Part shown: one piece after another, positions 9,376 through 18,462 of the stretch | Layout: the number at the start of each line of letters is the position of its first letter | Position numbering within the stretch: position 1 is the stretch's first letter | Source: Promethearchaeota archaeon | Lineage (GTDB): Archaea > Asgardarchaeota > Thorarchaeia > Thorarchaeales > Thorarchaeaceae | Direction: 5' to 3' | DNA: 64,000 bases | NCBI GenBank assembly: GCA_048939765.1 | Contig: JBHLPF010000005.1 | Span: forward strand, 22,375-86,374 | Notes under the pieces: model-generated | Told to the model about the DNA's origin: nothing | Database searches by the model: none | The model's input: the letters and a program-made list of their open reading frames with translations, nothing else | Position numbers and translations under genes: made by a program

Positions 9376-9768
9376 TCAGGTAAGGTCTCGAAGAATCTTG
9401 CTTGCCTCCCTCGCCGTGCGCTTCGCATCATTGAAGATTAGCCCTAAACTCGCATTTTCAGGGGCAGTTACGGCAAGGAGGTATTCTGAGGGCATTGCAA
9501 TTACGAGTGTAGAGCCTCGGCTTCCCTGGATTATTATGGATTTGAGATTCCCCTGACGTAGTTCCCGTACTGCTTGTTCTCCCGCGGAATGAATGCCTGC
9601 CACCATTGCAGCCACCGCAACCTCTTCAGTTCTTCCATGAAAATGGCTCACGAGCGGCAGTCCTTCCACAGAAAGGATGGCGGCACCCAGTATTGGCGAA
9701 TTATTTGAGAGTTTCTTCAGAACCTCTTTGAGAATGCTAGGCATATCTTCCGCGACAGGCTTTGCCAA
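9376..9768 (-). CDS. Roadblock/LC7 (MglB/LAMTOR-like) protein
   Basis: GAAILSVEGLPL..VAAMVAGI..L.QGNLKSIIIQGSRG..LAV..SLGLIF. Confidence 0.9.
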   Translation of the reverse strand: MAKPVAEDMPSILKEVLKKLSNNSPILGAAILSVEGLPLVSHFHGRTEEVAVAAMVAGIHSAGEQAVRELRQGNLKSIIIQGSRGSTLVIAMPSEYLLAVTAPENASLGLIFNDAKRTAREASKILRDLT

Positions 9769-9879
9769 CTTCCATCCCTCGAAATGAATAAATCATCTCT
9801 CAAACGGCACTACTATGTCTTTTGGGAGGCTGGCAGCAAATAAAGCTTGGGAGCATATGTCCTGCAGCCTGGTTTCAGT

Positions 9880-10881
9880 CTATCCTATGAGTCTGACTGA
9901 TGTCACAGTGTCACTGTATATCAAACGAGCGGGAGTCTTCATGATTCTCAGAACATTGTCTGCATGTTTCGCCATTCCGACATCGCGCAACATATCAACG
10001 AAATCTAGACCTGTCGTTACTGCTAATCCCTTCAGGGGCTTACCTACTCTGCAAGACTCGAGGAGGTCATCAGCAGAAACAATTTTGCATCGTAAGCCAT
10101 CACCAACATGCTTCTGCAAATGAGAAATTCCTTTTCTTGCTATTCCCTTGTTTTCCTTTTGTTCAGTAGTATAGACTCTTCTCTTTGCAATATTGCGGAG
10201 TCTTGCCAGTCCTCTTTCGATGACTTCTTCTGATGTTATTGTGGCTCCATAGAGATAGCTTACATCTTTGGTAGTTGAGGTCACGAGCCACGCCGTACCA
10301 TAAACCGCTTGGTATCGCATTCCTTTGAGTATCTCCGACTCACTGAGAAGTGTAATGGAACGATATCCCTTGTACTCAACTGAGATTGTCCAATCTGGGT
10401 CCTTGTGTTTCACCATGAGATCTGGACTCAGACCCTCCCCAGTCGAGGGGACACTCGTTTCTACGTCAGGAAATAAATGAGTGATATATCCATGAAATGC
10501 CTCGTGAAACAGGTTGTGCCTGAGATTCCGCGCTTCCTGAGGATGGCGAAGACCGGCCTCCTGATAGAGAACCGGCATCTCCATCTTTTGGCCAGTCTTA
10601 AGCCGAACTTCGCTCTTTGTGGTCTGTTTTCCTCGGGCGTGATTCTCTTGTACAAGGCGAATCGCTGCAGTTCTTCCAAGAAGACGAAACATAGACTTTC
10701 CAAGTTCTATACCCTGGGGTGGCTTTTTTCCATCCTGCTTTCTTTTCGCTTCTTTATAGGCCCAGTCCACTACTTCCTGAGCATCTTCATTGAGCAGATA
10801 GAAAATCGAGCTAAGTTTCTCTCCCAGATTGTACCTCCTCACATACTTCTTCAATTCTGGAGCATACTTAATTCTTCCCAA
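9880..10881 (-). CDS. Restriction-endonuclease-like PD-(D/E)XK protein
   Basis: FHEAF..ETSV..PDLMV..SVEYKG motif spacing. Confidence 0.55.
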   Translation of the reverse strand: MGRIKYAPELKKYVRRYNLGEKLSSIFYLLNEDAQEVVDWAYKEAKRKQDGKKPPQGIELGKSMFRLLGRTAAIRLVQENHARGKQTTKSEVRLKTGQKMEMPVLYQEAGLRHPQEARNLRHNLFHEAFHGYITHLFPDVETSVPSTGEGLSPDLMVKHKDPDWTISVEYKGYRSITLLSESEILKGMRYQAVYGTAWLVTSTTKDVSYLYGATITSEEVIERGLARLRNIAKRRVYTTEQKENKGIARKGISHLQKHVGDGLRCKIVSADDLLESCRVGKPLKGLAVTTGLDFVDMLRDVGMAKHADNVLRIMKTPARLIYSDTVTSVRLIG

Positions 10882-10924
10882 AGATTCACACTCTCAAGGT
10901 CATTTACCAGATGCTTCTCCGGAC

Positions 10925-11599
10925 CTACATTATTTCCTTTATCAGCTTGACCTCTTGTGTTTCCTCATCGTAGGACACTAAATCCGCGTTCCTCAGGTCA
11001 TGGATTGCCTTCATGACCGCAGTAGCCATAATTCCAGTACTGGATTCAATATTTTTCCTTGTAATAGCTGTCTTTGTGTTGTGCAATGTATATAGCACCC
11101 TGGCGTGAGGCTTGCCTCCAAATATGTTCTCAATAAGAATAATGTAGATTGCTAGCAGATCACTCACATCTACTTTCTCTTGGAGTTTCTCTTTCTCTGC
11201 TGATGTTTCGCGGTAGAGTTCAGATACTCTTTCCAGTTTCGAATTGATTTCATCCATCTCAGCTCTGAGTTCATCTCTTTCTTTTCGAAGTTCATCAATC
11301 TCAGAATCCTTCGTTGTGTCCGACCTCAGTGTCTCCAATTCTTCGGTTGAACTCTGGAGGGACTCTTTTGTTGACTCAAGTTCAGACTCCACCTTGTTTG
11401 CTCTCTCCTCTGCTGCCCACGATTTCTCCTCAGCTTCCCTCTTGGCAGCGCGGAGTTCTTCTGCCTCACTTGCATATCTATCAATGTCGCCAGACAGCCT
11501 ATCATGCTCTTCCAACAGTTTGACGACTGTGTTCCTCAACTCATCGAATTCTTCGAGAGTCTTCTCTTTATCCAAAGACATAGTATCTCCACCAATCAT
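10925..11599 (-). CDS. Coiled-coil protein with C-terminal winged HTH (start may be 11581)
   Basis: Acidic heptads, then ARVLYTLH..ITRKNIESSTGI..AVMKAIHDLRNADLVSYD. Confidence 0.75.
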   Translation of the reverse strand: MIGGDTMSLDKEKTLEEFDELRNTVVKLLEEHDRLSGDIDRYASEAEELRAAKREAEEKSWAAEERANKVESELESTKESLQSSTEELETLRSDTTKDSEIDELRKERDELRAEMDEINSKLERVSELYRETSAEKEKLQEKVDVSDLLAIYIILIENIFGGKPHARVLYTLHNTKTAITRKNIESSTGIMATAVMKAIHDLRNADLVSYDEETQEVKLIKEIM

Positions 11600-11617
11600 G
11601 CCTGACTATTCAGTGTC

Positions 11618-11827
11618 TTATATCAGTTTCACATCATAGTCAAGTGCTTTCGCTTGAATGTACTTCATACATGCTGTTTTCAATTGATTTAGTGGCAACC
11701 AAAAAGCCTGAAACTCCTCCAGCTCTCCTTTCGTCGTCTTTCTCAGCATGGTATTATTCACGCGAATGAGCATTTCATCCTGACCTATCGCCTGAATCGG
11801 ATTGATTCTGGCGCGGGCATTTGACAT
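11618..11827 (-). CDS. Small hypothetical protein
   Basis: 69-aa ORF co-oriented between two real genes. Confidence 0.45.
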   Translation of the reverse strand: MSNARARINPIQAIGQDEMLIRVNNTMLRKTTKGELEEFQAFWLPLNQLKTACMKYIQAKALDYDVKLI

Positions 11828-11870
11828 CCGAGTTGCTCATCACCTCTAGGGAAACATACTGTATCTAATA

Positions 11871-12770
11871 CTATAGCATTGGAACCACGAAGTAGCCTGC
11901 AAGAAGTGTGGATAAAAGCGAGACCGTCAACAGTACCCAAATCGGTCTGCTCCATCGAAATATGGTGCTTCCATCAAAACCAGGAATGGGTATCATGTTG
12001 AATAGGCCCAGGAATGAATTCAATAGCATTCCATAGAATATTATGAACTGAACCGCGGAGGCCAAAGGTCCTGTTGTGATTACAATTATCTCTGCAATGA
12101 TAAAGAGCAGTCCTGCGATTATTATGTTGGAGAAAGGACCCGCGACAGTTGATTTTGCATAGTCTTCAACGTCCCTCACGCCTCCAACAGCCATCACTCC
12201 AGTACCGAAGATGGGGATTGCAAACAGGATGGCAACTGCAGATAGATAATATCCCTGCATTGTCATCCGGAAGTGTGCGTACATTCCATATCTTTGTGCT
12301 ACGAATTTGTGGGCAAATTCATGAATCATGAATGACAGCCAAAAGATCAAGATCATCGCAATAGGAAACCACCACAATGACGAGAGTAGAAGAGCTGGCA
12401 TCAATAGGAACCCATTAACAATTGCGATTGGTGATACTGGATTGTTGATTCCGAAAATCGCTATGCTAACAAGAATCGTCAAAACAGTGGCAATCCCTAG
12501 ATCCCTAATCTCGGTATCCGTGAATCTTTGCTTTCTTGGTTTCTTCACTTTCACTTGACGGTGCTGCATGAATACGTCTTCATCATAGTCTTCGTCATCA
12601 TATTGGCCTGTAAAGGAGTCAGCAATTTTCTGGCGTGCGCCATCCTTGACCTTTTGCATTGCAGTGCAGCCATGTCCCTCAGGAAGTCTGTGATCAGAGC
12701 AATAGACTCCTCTGCAATAAGGACACACAAACACTAGATCTTCCTTGCCGCATAAGGAGCAGTTGGCCAT
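11871..12770 (-). CDS. AN1-type zinc finger fused to M50 (site-2) intramembrane metalloprotease
   Basis: CSLC..CPYCRGVYCSDHRLPEGHGC; HEFAH; AGP; FNMIPIPGFDG; multiple TM helices. Confidence 0.9.
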   Translation of the reverse strand: MANCSLCGKEDLVFVCPYCRGVYCSDHRLPEGHGCTAMQKVKDGARQKIADSFTGQYDDEDYDEDVFMQHRQVKVKKPRKQRFTDTEIRDLGIATVLTILVSIAIFGINNPVSPIAIVNGFLLMPALLLSSLWWFPIAMILIFWLSFMIHEFAHKFVAQRYGMYAHFRMTMQGYYLSAVAILFAIPIFGTGVMAVGGVRDVEDYAKSTVAGPFSNIIIAGLLFIIAEIIVITTGPLASAVQFIIFYGMLLNSFLGLFNMIPIPGFDGSTIFRWSRPIWVLLTVSLLSTLLAGYFVVPML

Positions 12771-12953
12771 AGTTATTGCCTCTCAGAGTTCAGTTTCACA
12801 CCGAATACAGTCTTTCTTAAGGGTATTCGTAGTGGAATTCGATTGTCTTCTTGAGTTGGAATCATGTGCGTTTCCAAAGTTATTAAGAAAATCGTGCATC
12901 TTAGTAAAGGTTCATATACTTTCTAATGTAACTTTCCAACATACGCTTGAAAT

Positions 12954-13030
12954 CTAGGCTTGTCGAGAGCGGCAATGGCCCATCTTTCAGACGGCCACGC
13001 GTGAAGCCTAGCTTCCTGGAAAGCGGGAGG
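12954..13030 (+). promoter_or_regulatory. Structured 5' leader of hsp20 with SD-occluding hairpin
   Basis: CTAGGCTT(12954-61)/AAGCCTAG(13004-11) encloses TGGCC/GGCCA; then CTTCCTG-GAAAG-CGGGAGG pairs over the GGGAGG SD. Confidence 0.5.
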
Positions 13031-13041
13031 AACCAAGTTTA

Positions 13042-13473
13042 ATGATTGACGATGACGAATTTCAGAAGATTTTCCGCAGAATGATAGAGCAATTCTTTGG
13101 CACCTTCGGGATGCAGCCCGGAGGAAGCGGGATGGACGGATTGTGGGACGGTGGTTTTGATGAATTGGATGAGATACCACTAGATATGCCTCGTGAAGAT
13201 GCCAGAGTCGAGCGCATAGACCTTGGAGATACCGTCATCCTAGTTATGGACGACTGTGCTCTTGAAGAGGGCCTCCAAGTGATTGTCAAAGGGAGAGTCG
13301 CAACAATTTCCTACGGTCCTGACAACCCTGTTCAGACAATCGAGGCTCCCTTTGTCATTGATGCGAATCGTTCCTTTGTTTCGTGCCGAAATGGAGTTGC
13401 TGAGATTCGACTGCAGAAGGATGAGAATAATAAGGAATCTGATGACGTAGAGAGATTGTTGAGATTCGAATAG
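13042..13473 (+). CDS. hsp20: Small heat-shock protein (Hsp20/alpha-crystallin-like)
   Basis: Acidic FRRMIEQFF N-terminus, CRNGVAEIRLQK, C-terminal LRFE (IXI-like); directly upstream of cdc48. Confidence 0.75.
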   Translation: MIDDDEFQKIFRRMIEQFFGTFGMQPGGSGMDGLWDGGFDELDEIPLDMPREDARVERIDLGDTVILVMDDCALEEGLQVIVKGRVATISYGPDNPVQTIEAPFVIDANRSFVSCRNGVAEIRLQKDENNKESDDVERLLRFE

Positions 13474-13486
13474 AGGGTGTGTTTGG

Positions 13487-15715
13487 ATGGCGGAAAGCAC
13501 AGACAATTCAATTAGATTGAAGGTCGCGGCCGCAATGCCGAAGGATCAAGGTCGCGGGATAGTTCGATTGAACACAGAGGTGCGTGATCTTCTCAAGGTA
13601 CGTTCGGGTGACTATGTCCTGCTAAAAGGAACAAAAGAAACCGTTGCAGTTTGTTGGCCCAGCCTCAAGGAGGATGAAGTGCTTGATATGGTCAGAATGG
13701 ATGGCCTCATTCGCGCAAATGCAGGAGTGAAACTTGGTGAAATGGTGGAGGTTGGGACAATTACCATCCCTGATGCAACCAGGGTTGTTCTAGCACCGAG
13801 TCAGCCAGTAAGATTCCAGCCTGGATTTGAGGAATACATTAAGCAACAGATAATGAACCGGCCCATGACGAGAGGAGATATCATCCTAATAGCATCCATA
13901 GGACAAGGTCTTCAGTTCACTGCGACCTCTGTTGGTCCAACCAAGCATGTTAGAGTTACTGCTTCAACCAAACTCGAGGTTCTCACTAGACCTGCAAAGC
14001 CTGAGGAGATTACTATCCCACAGGTCACTTACGAAGATATAGGCGGTCTGAGCAAGGAGATACAGAAAATCCGAGAAATGGTGGAGCTCCCCATAAAGTC
14101 GCCCGAGCTCTTTAGACGTCTCGGAATATCACCTCCAAAAGGCGTCTTGTTACATGGTCCGCCTGGAACAGGCAAGACACTTATCGCGAAGGCTGTTGCA
14201 AATGAGTCAGGCGCGAACTTCAAGACGATTAATGGACCAGAGATAATGTCCAAATTCTATGGCGAATCTGAACAGAAATTGAGGGAGGCTTTTGAGGAAG
14301 CCGAGAAGAATGCCCCAAGCATTATCTTCATCGATGAACTTGACAGCATTGCACCAAAGAGGGCTGAGGTAACGGGAGAAGTTGAGAGAAGGGTCGTTGC
14401 CCAACTACTTGCTCTGATGGATGGACTGGCCGGCAGAGGACAGGTCATAGTAATTGGAGCCACAAACCGGGTGGATGATGTTGATGAAGCTCTAAGAAGG
14501 CCAGGTCGATTTGACCGCGAGATTGAGATTGGAGTGCCTGATCGACAGGGGCGTCTTGAGATACTTCAGATTCATACCAGATCCATGCCTCTCGAGGAAG
14601 GGCTTGACCTTCAACGGTTGGCTTCAGTCACTCATGGATTCGTGGGTGCGGACCTGGCGGCCCTAGCTAGAGAGGCCGCGATGGAAGCACTCCGCAGAGC
14701 ACTGCCGCATGTGGACCCTGAAACTGGAGATATTCCTCCAGATGTGCTTCGTGATCTCTTTGTCACACAGAATGATTTCGATATTGCACTCTCCGGTATC
14801 TCACCTTCTGCTCTGAGGGAGGTGCTTGTGGAAAAACCCAATGTGCAATGGGAGGATATTGGCGGACTGGAAAATGCGAAAAAGGCGCTGTTGGAGTCCG
14901 TAGAAGGGCCTCTCAAGTTTCCGGATGTTTTCACAGAAATGAAGATTAGGACGCCAAAGGGGATTCTTCTCTACGGTCCGCCAGGCACTGGAAAGACTCT
15001 ACTCGCTAAGGCAGTCGCCACTACGAGTGAGGCCAACTTCATCTCAATCAAGGGACCTGAGATATTCAACAAATATGTGGGAGAATCAGAAAAAGCTGTG
15101 AGGGAGATCTTCAAGAAAGCTCGACAGGTTGCTCCATGCGTAATCTTCTTTGATGAGATAGATGCGCTGCTCAGCCAGCGAGGGCAGCAAGATGACACCG
15201 GAGTGACACAGAGGATTGTGAACCAGTTCCTAGCTGAGGTTGATGGACTTCAGACTCTGCAGAATGTCCTTGTTATTGGCGCTACAAATCGTCCAGACAT
15301 TATGGATCCAGCAATGCTTCGTCCAGGTCGGTTCGATATTCTATTGCATGTGGAAGCACCAGACAAGAATGCAAGATTGGAAATACTCAAGGTACACACA
15401 GTTGCAAGAGGCATTCCTGGTTCCGAGAATCTCGATTTGGAGAAACTCGCAGAAAAGACAGCCAATTTCTCTGGAGCGGACATTGAGGGCTTGGTAAGAG
15501 TGGCGGTGATGATTGCTGTCACTGAAGGTTCAACGCCCACGAATATTAAGATGAAGGCCAGGAAAATTGAAATGAAGCATTTCGAGGAAGCTCTGAAGAC
15601 AGTACGACCCACTTTGACACCGAAAGTGCTGGAATATTATGAGAAGATTTCTGCAGCTCTAGAAGGCCGTCAGATTGAACCAGAGAGATCGGCGCGATCT
15701 GATCTTTATGTATAG
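13487..15715 (+). CDS. cdc48: Cdc48/p97/VAT AAA+ ATPase
   Basis: N-domain, two AAA modules ([30 protein letters not shown]); C-terminal LYV HbYX motif. Confidence 0.97.
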   Translation: MAESTDNSIRLKVAAAMPKDQGRGIVRLNTEVRDLLKVRSGDYVLLKGTKETVAVCWPSLKEDEVLDMVRMDGLIRANAGVKLGEMVEVGTITIPDATRVVLAPSQPVRFQPGFEEYIKQQIMNRPMTRGDIILIASIGQGLQFTATSVGPTKHVRVTASTKLEVLTRPAKPEEITIPQVTYEDIGGLSKEIQKIREMVELPIKSPELFRRLGISPPKGVLLHGPPGTGKTLIAKAVANESGANFKTINGPEIMSKFYGESEQKLREAFEEAEKNAPSIIFIDELDSIAPKRAEVTGEVERRVVAQLLALMDGLAGRGQVIVIGATNRVDDVDEALRRPGRFDREIEIGVPDRQGRLEILQIHTRSMPLEEGLDLQRLASVTHGFVGADLAALAREAAMEALRRALPHVDPETGDIPPDVLRDLFVTQNDFDIALSGISPSALREVLVEKPNVQWEDIGGLENAKKALLESVEGPLKFPDVFTEMKIRTPKGILLYGPPGTGKTLLAKAVATTSEANFISIKGPEIFNKYVGESEKAVREIFKKARQVAPCVIFFDEIDALLSQRGQQDDTGVTQRIVNQFLAEVDGLQTLQNVLVIGATNRPDIMDPAMLRPGRFDILLHVEAPDKNARLEILKVHTVARGIPGSENLDLEKLAEKTANFSGADIEGLVRVAVMIAVTEGSTPTNIKMKARKIEMKHFEEALKTVRPTLTPKVLEYYEKISAALEGRQIEPERSARSDLYV

Positions 15716-15727
15716 TTCATCAATTCG

Positions 15728-15750
15728 GAGGGTCATTCGCCCCGACCCTC
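15728..15750 (+). terminator. Hairpin after cdc48
   Basis: GAGGGTC-9 nt-GACCCTC, 12 nt after the stop. Confidence 0.45.
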
Positions 15751-15818
15751 TAGCATTTCACTAGGGTCGTAACACTTTTGGCATCCATCTTACACAACAC
15801 ATTGATGTGTGACCTACA

Positions 15819-18311
15819 ATGGGGCAACGCTGGATAGTTAATCTATGCCCATTTCTGCATTTTGACAACTCAAGAGTACAGACGTATGAGCATAACATCA
15901 GCATAGTTTCTTGGAACGTCAAAAGCATTCTGGACTATCTTGAAGTGAATCCAAGTCACAAATTTAGCGTTGACCAAGTGACACTTCTTGATGGGTTCAA
16001 GCGGCTCTTTCCTAATTACTGGGACTCCCTTCATCAACGGGTTTTGGAAGGGAGGATTGAGATTGTGGGTGGCACATATGTGATGCCTGACTTCATCATC
16101 CCGGATGGAGAATCCATAGTCCGCCAGTTTATGTTTGGCACTCGCTTCATCAGAGAGGAATTAGGAGTTGAAGTGAAGACAGGATGGGCAATAGATTCCT
16201 CCGGTCATTGCTCTCAAATGCCCCAGATTCTCCGGCAATGTGGGATTGATTCCTATGTGTTTTGGAGGGGAATGCCCTACGACTCACCAACTGAGTTTGT
16301 ATGGAAAGGGCTCGATGGCAGTCGAGTAAATGCGGCATGGCTTTCAAATGGCTATGACAGCTCCGCATGGCTATCGGAGAATCTTAGGGAGGCATTCAGT
16401 AATCTGCTAAAAGTCGCAGAACTAACTGGAGCGAAGGCTTCCTCCCAGAATGTGCTTGTGCCCGTTGGCGGCGAGCTTGTGCCTCCGCTGCCTCACTTAG
16501 CTGACATTGTTTCCCAATGGAATGTTACTTTTCCAGACATGCGGATGTCGATTGTAACTCCAAGAGAGTTCACTGAGAAGATCAAGGCAGTACAAGCCTC
16601 TCTACCCATGATGTCTGGAGAATTGGCATCTGGCCGCTTCTCATCTGTGAGATCTGGCGGTTTGAGCGCTAGAGTGAAGCTGAAGCAGATGAATCGCCAG
16701 CTGGAATCTATGCTGTATCTCACTGAGCTATATCTATCATTAACAGGTGATCTAGAGAATACAAGGGCATTGGAAAGCCTCTGGCTAATACTTCTCTTCA
16801 ATCAAGATCACAATATTATTAGAGGCACAATTGCCGATGAACCCTATCAGCTCGCCGAGCGTAGATTCAAACAAGCATTAGACCAAGCTGGCGAGATTCT
16901 TGAAGATGCCATAAGTGGTATCGCGTCACAGATTCCCTCTGACCCATCCAAGGCTTCATTTGTGGTATTCAATCCTCTTCCATGGCGCAGGGATGATGTG
17001 ACTCGGCTTTCCCTAGATCTCTCCAAGATTCACACGCAGTTCTTCAGAATCCATGATTCAAATGGAAACAGTGTCCCGTATCAAGTAATTGGGGAAATTG
17101 TTGAGGGAAGCCCCGCAGATGTTCTTCTTCTTGCACGAGATATGCCGAGTCTTGGATATAGAGTCTACACTATTGAGCCCTCAGAAAAGCCTCCAGAGTT
17201 TGAGTCTTCTTTGCGCACTGGCAACAATTGGGTGGAGTCAGATGATTTCATCGTCGAGTTTGATGATTTCAGTGGTGCAATGACTAGAGTGTTTGATAAA
17301 CGCAATCAGTTTGAAGCTCTACGCGGTCCAAGCAACTATCTCACAATGGAAAGCGATGTTGGAGACCTCTACAGATATGCGAGATCCACACTTTCTGATG
17401 AGGAATCGGATCTTACGACATTGCGCCATTCAGGCAAGCTCTCGGTTGCTGAGTCTGGTCCACTCAGAGCCACAGTACAGGTCGAGGGAGATTTCAAGAA
17501 CTCTAAGATGATACAACGGGTTGTGCTGTACGAGAGCCTTCATAGAATCGACCTTGAAACGGAACTGAATTTCAAGGGTCATAGTAAGCGTGTCAGAGCC
17601 AATTTCCCTCTAACAGTACTAGCAGACAAAGTCGTAGTGGGTTCTCAATTTGGTGCGGAGTCCAGGACAGCCACACCGAATGATCCTGAGGGATGGGCTG
17701 ACGCCAACCAGGGGCTATTTTCTGGACTTGACTGGGTGGATTGCCCCGGACCGGAGTTTGGGATAGGATTGTCTGCATTTGGCCTGCACGAGTTTCAATT
17801 CAGAGATGGAATGCTCAGCGTAACTCTGCTGCGGAGTGTGGAACACCTGTCACATGGACGAGATGATGATGTTCTAGAGTCGAAGACTGCAAATGAAAAG
17901 GGTGACCATTCATTTCGGATGTCCATTATTCCACACAAGGGATCTTGGAAGAACGCTGCAGTCTGGAGAACAGCCGCAGAGCATAGGCTTCCATTAATCG
18001 GCTATCCGCTGGAGGTTTCTGGGGGGTCATTGCCTGCTGAGAGATCATTTCTGAAAATTGAGGGAATGGAACTTGGTCTTTCCTGTTTTAAGATCGGCTC
18101 TTCTGATCAGGAGGTCGTCATTCGACTCTATGAGATGGCCGGCGAGGAGGGACGTGCAACTCTTGAATTTCCTTTTGGAGTATCCAAGGTCAGTCTATTA
18201 GATCTCCGTGAGAATGCCATTGGAGACCTGCCAACATCTGGTTCAACTGTAACATTTCCAATTGATGCTCACTCGATAATCACTCTCAAAGTCACAAAAG
18301 CTTCCGGGTAG
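15819..18311 (+). CDS. GH38 alpha-mannosidase-like protein
   Basis: LHFD, GRIEIVGG, DGESIVRQF..G, WAIDSSGH..QMPQIL, FVWKGLDGS, VFNPLPW, IRLYE. Confidence 0.88.
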   Translation: MGQRWIVNLCPFLHFDNSRVQTYEHNISIVSWNVKSILDYLEVNPSHKFSVDQVTLLDGFKRLFPNYWDSLHQRVLEGRIEIVGGTYVMPDFIIPDGESIVRQFMFGTRFIREELGVEVKTGWAIDSSGHCSQMPQILRQCGIDSYVFWRGMPYDSPTEFVWKGLDGSRVNAAWLSNGYDSSAWLSENLREAFSNLLKVAELTGAKASSQNVLVPVGGELVPPLPHLADIVSQWNVTFPDMRMSIVTPREFTEKIKAVQASLPMMSGELASGRFSSVRSGGLSARVKLKQMNRQLESMLYLTELYLSLTGDLENTRALESLWLILLFNQDHNIIRGTIADEPYQLAERRFKQALDQAGEILEDAISGIASQIPSDPSKASFVVFNPLPWRRDDVTRLSLDLSKIHTQFFRIHDSNGNSVPYQVIGEIVEGSPADVLLLARDMPSLGYRVYTIEPSEKPPEFESSLRTGNNWVESDDFIVEFDDFSGAMTRVFDKRNQFEALRGPSNYLTMESDVGDLYRYARSTLSDEESDLTTLRHSGKLSVAESGPLRATVQVEGDFKNSKMIQRVVLYESLHRIDLETELNFKGHSKRVRANFPLTVLADKVVVGSQFGAESRTATPNDPEGWADANQGLFSGLDWVDCPGPEFGIGLSAFGLHEFQFRDGMLSVTLLRSVEHLSHGRDDDVLESKTANEKGDHSFRMSIIPHKGSWKNAAVWRTAAEHRLPLIGYPLEVSGGSLPAERSFLKIEGMELGLSCFKIGSSDQEVVIRLYEMAGEEGRATLEFPFGVSKVSLLDLRENAIGDLPTSGSTVTFPIDAHSIITLKVTKASG

Positions 18312-18462
18312 ACTATTTCGTACATTCAAGATAGCCTTTTGAAGCCAAGAAAAAAGACTCATAGGACCAAGACATCAGTGAGGTCTGATATTGAGCGACT
18401 TCTATCCTATCTCACCATTGGTTGGTATCACCAACACAAGCTATGCGGCTCAAGCTGGAGTT

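Noticed and set aside
11754-11840. Alternative frame MSNSDVKCP... with good RBS and in-frame TGA (possible selenoprotein)
   Set aside because: Readthrough meets TAA six codons later; no selenoprotein motif
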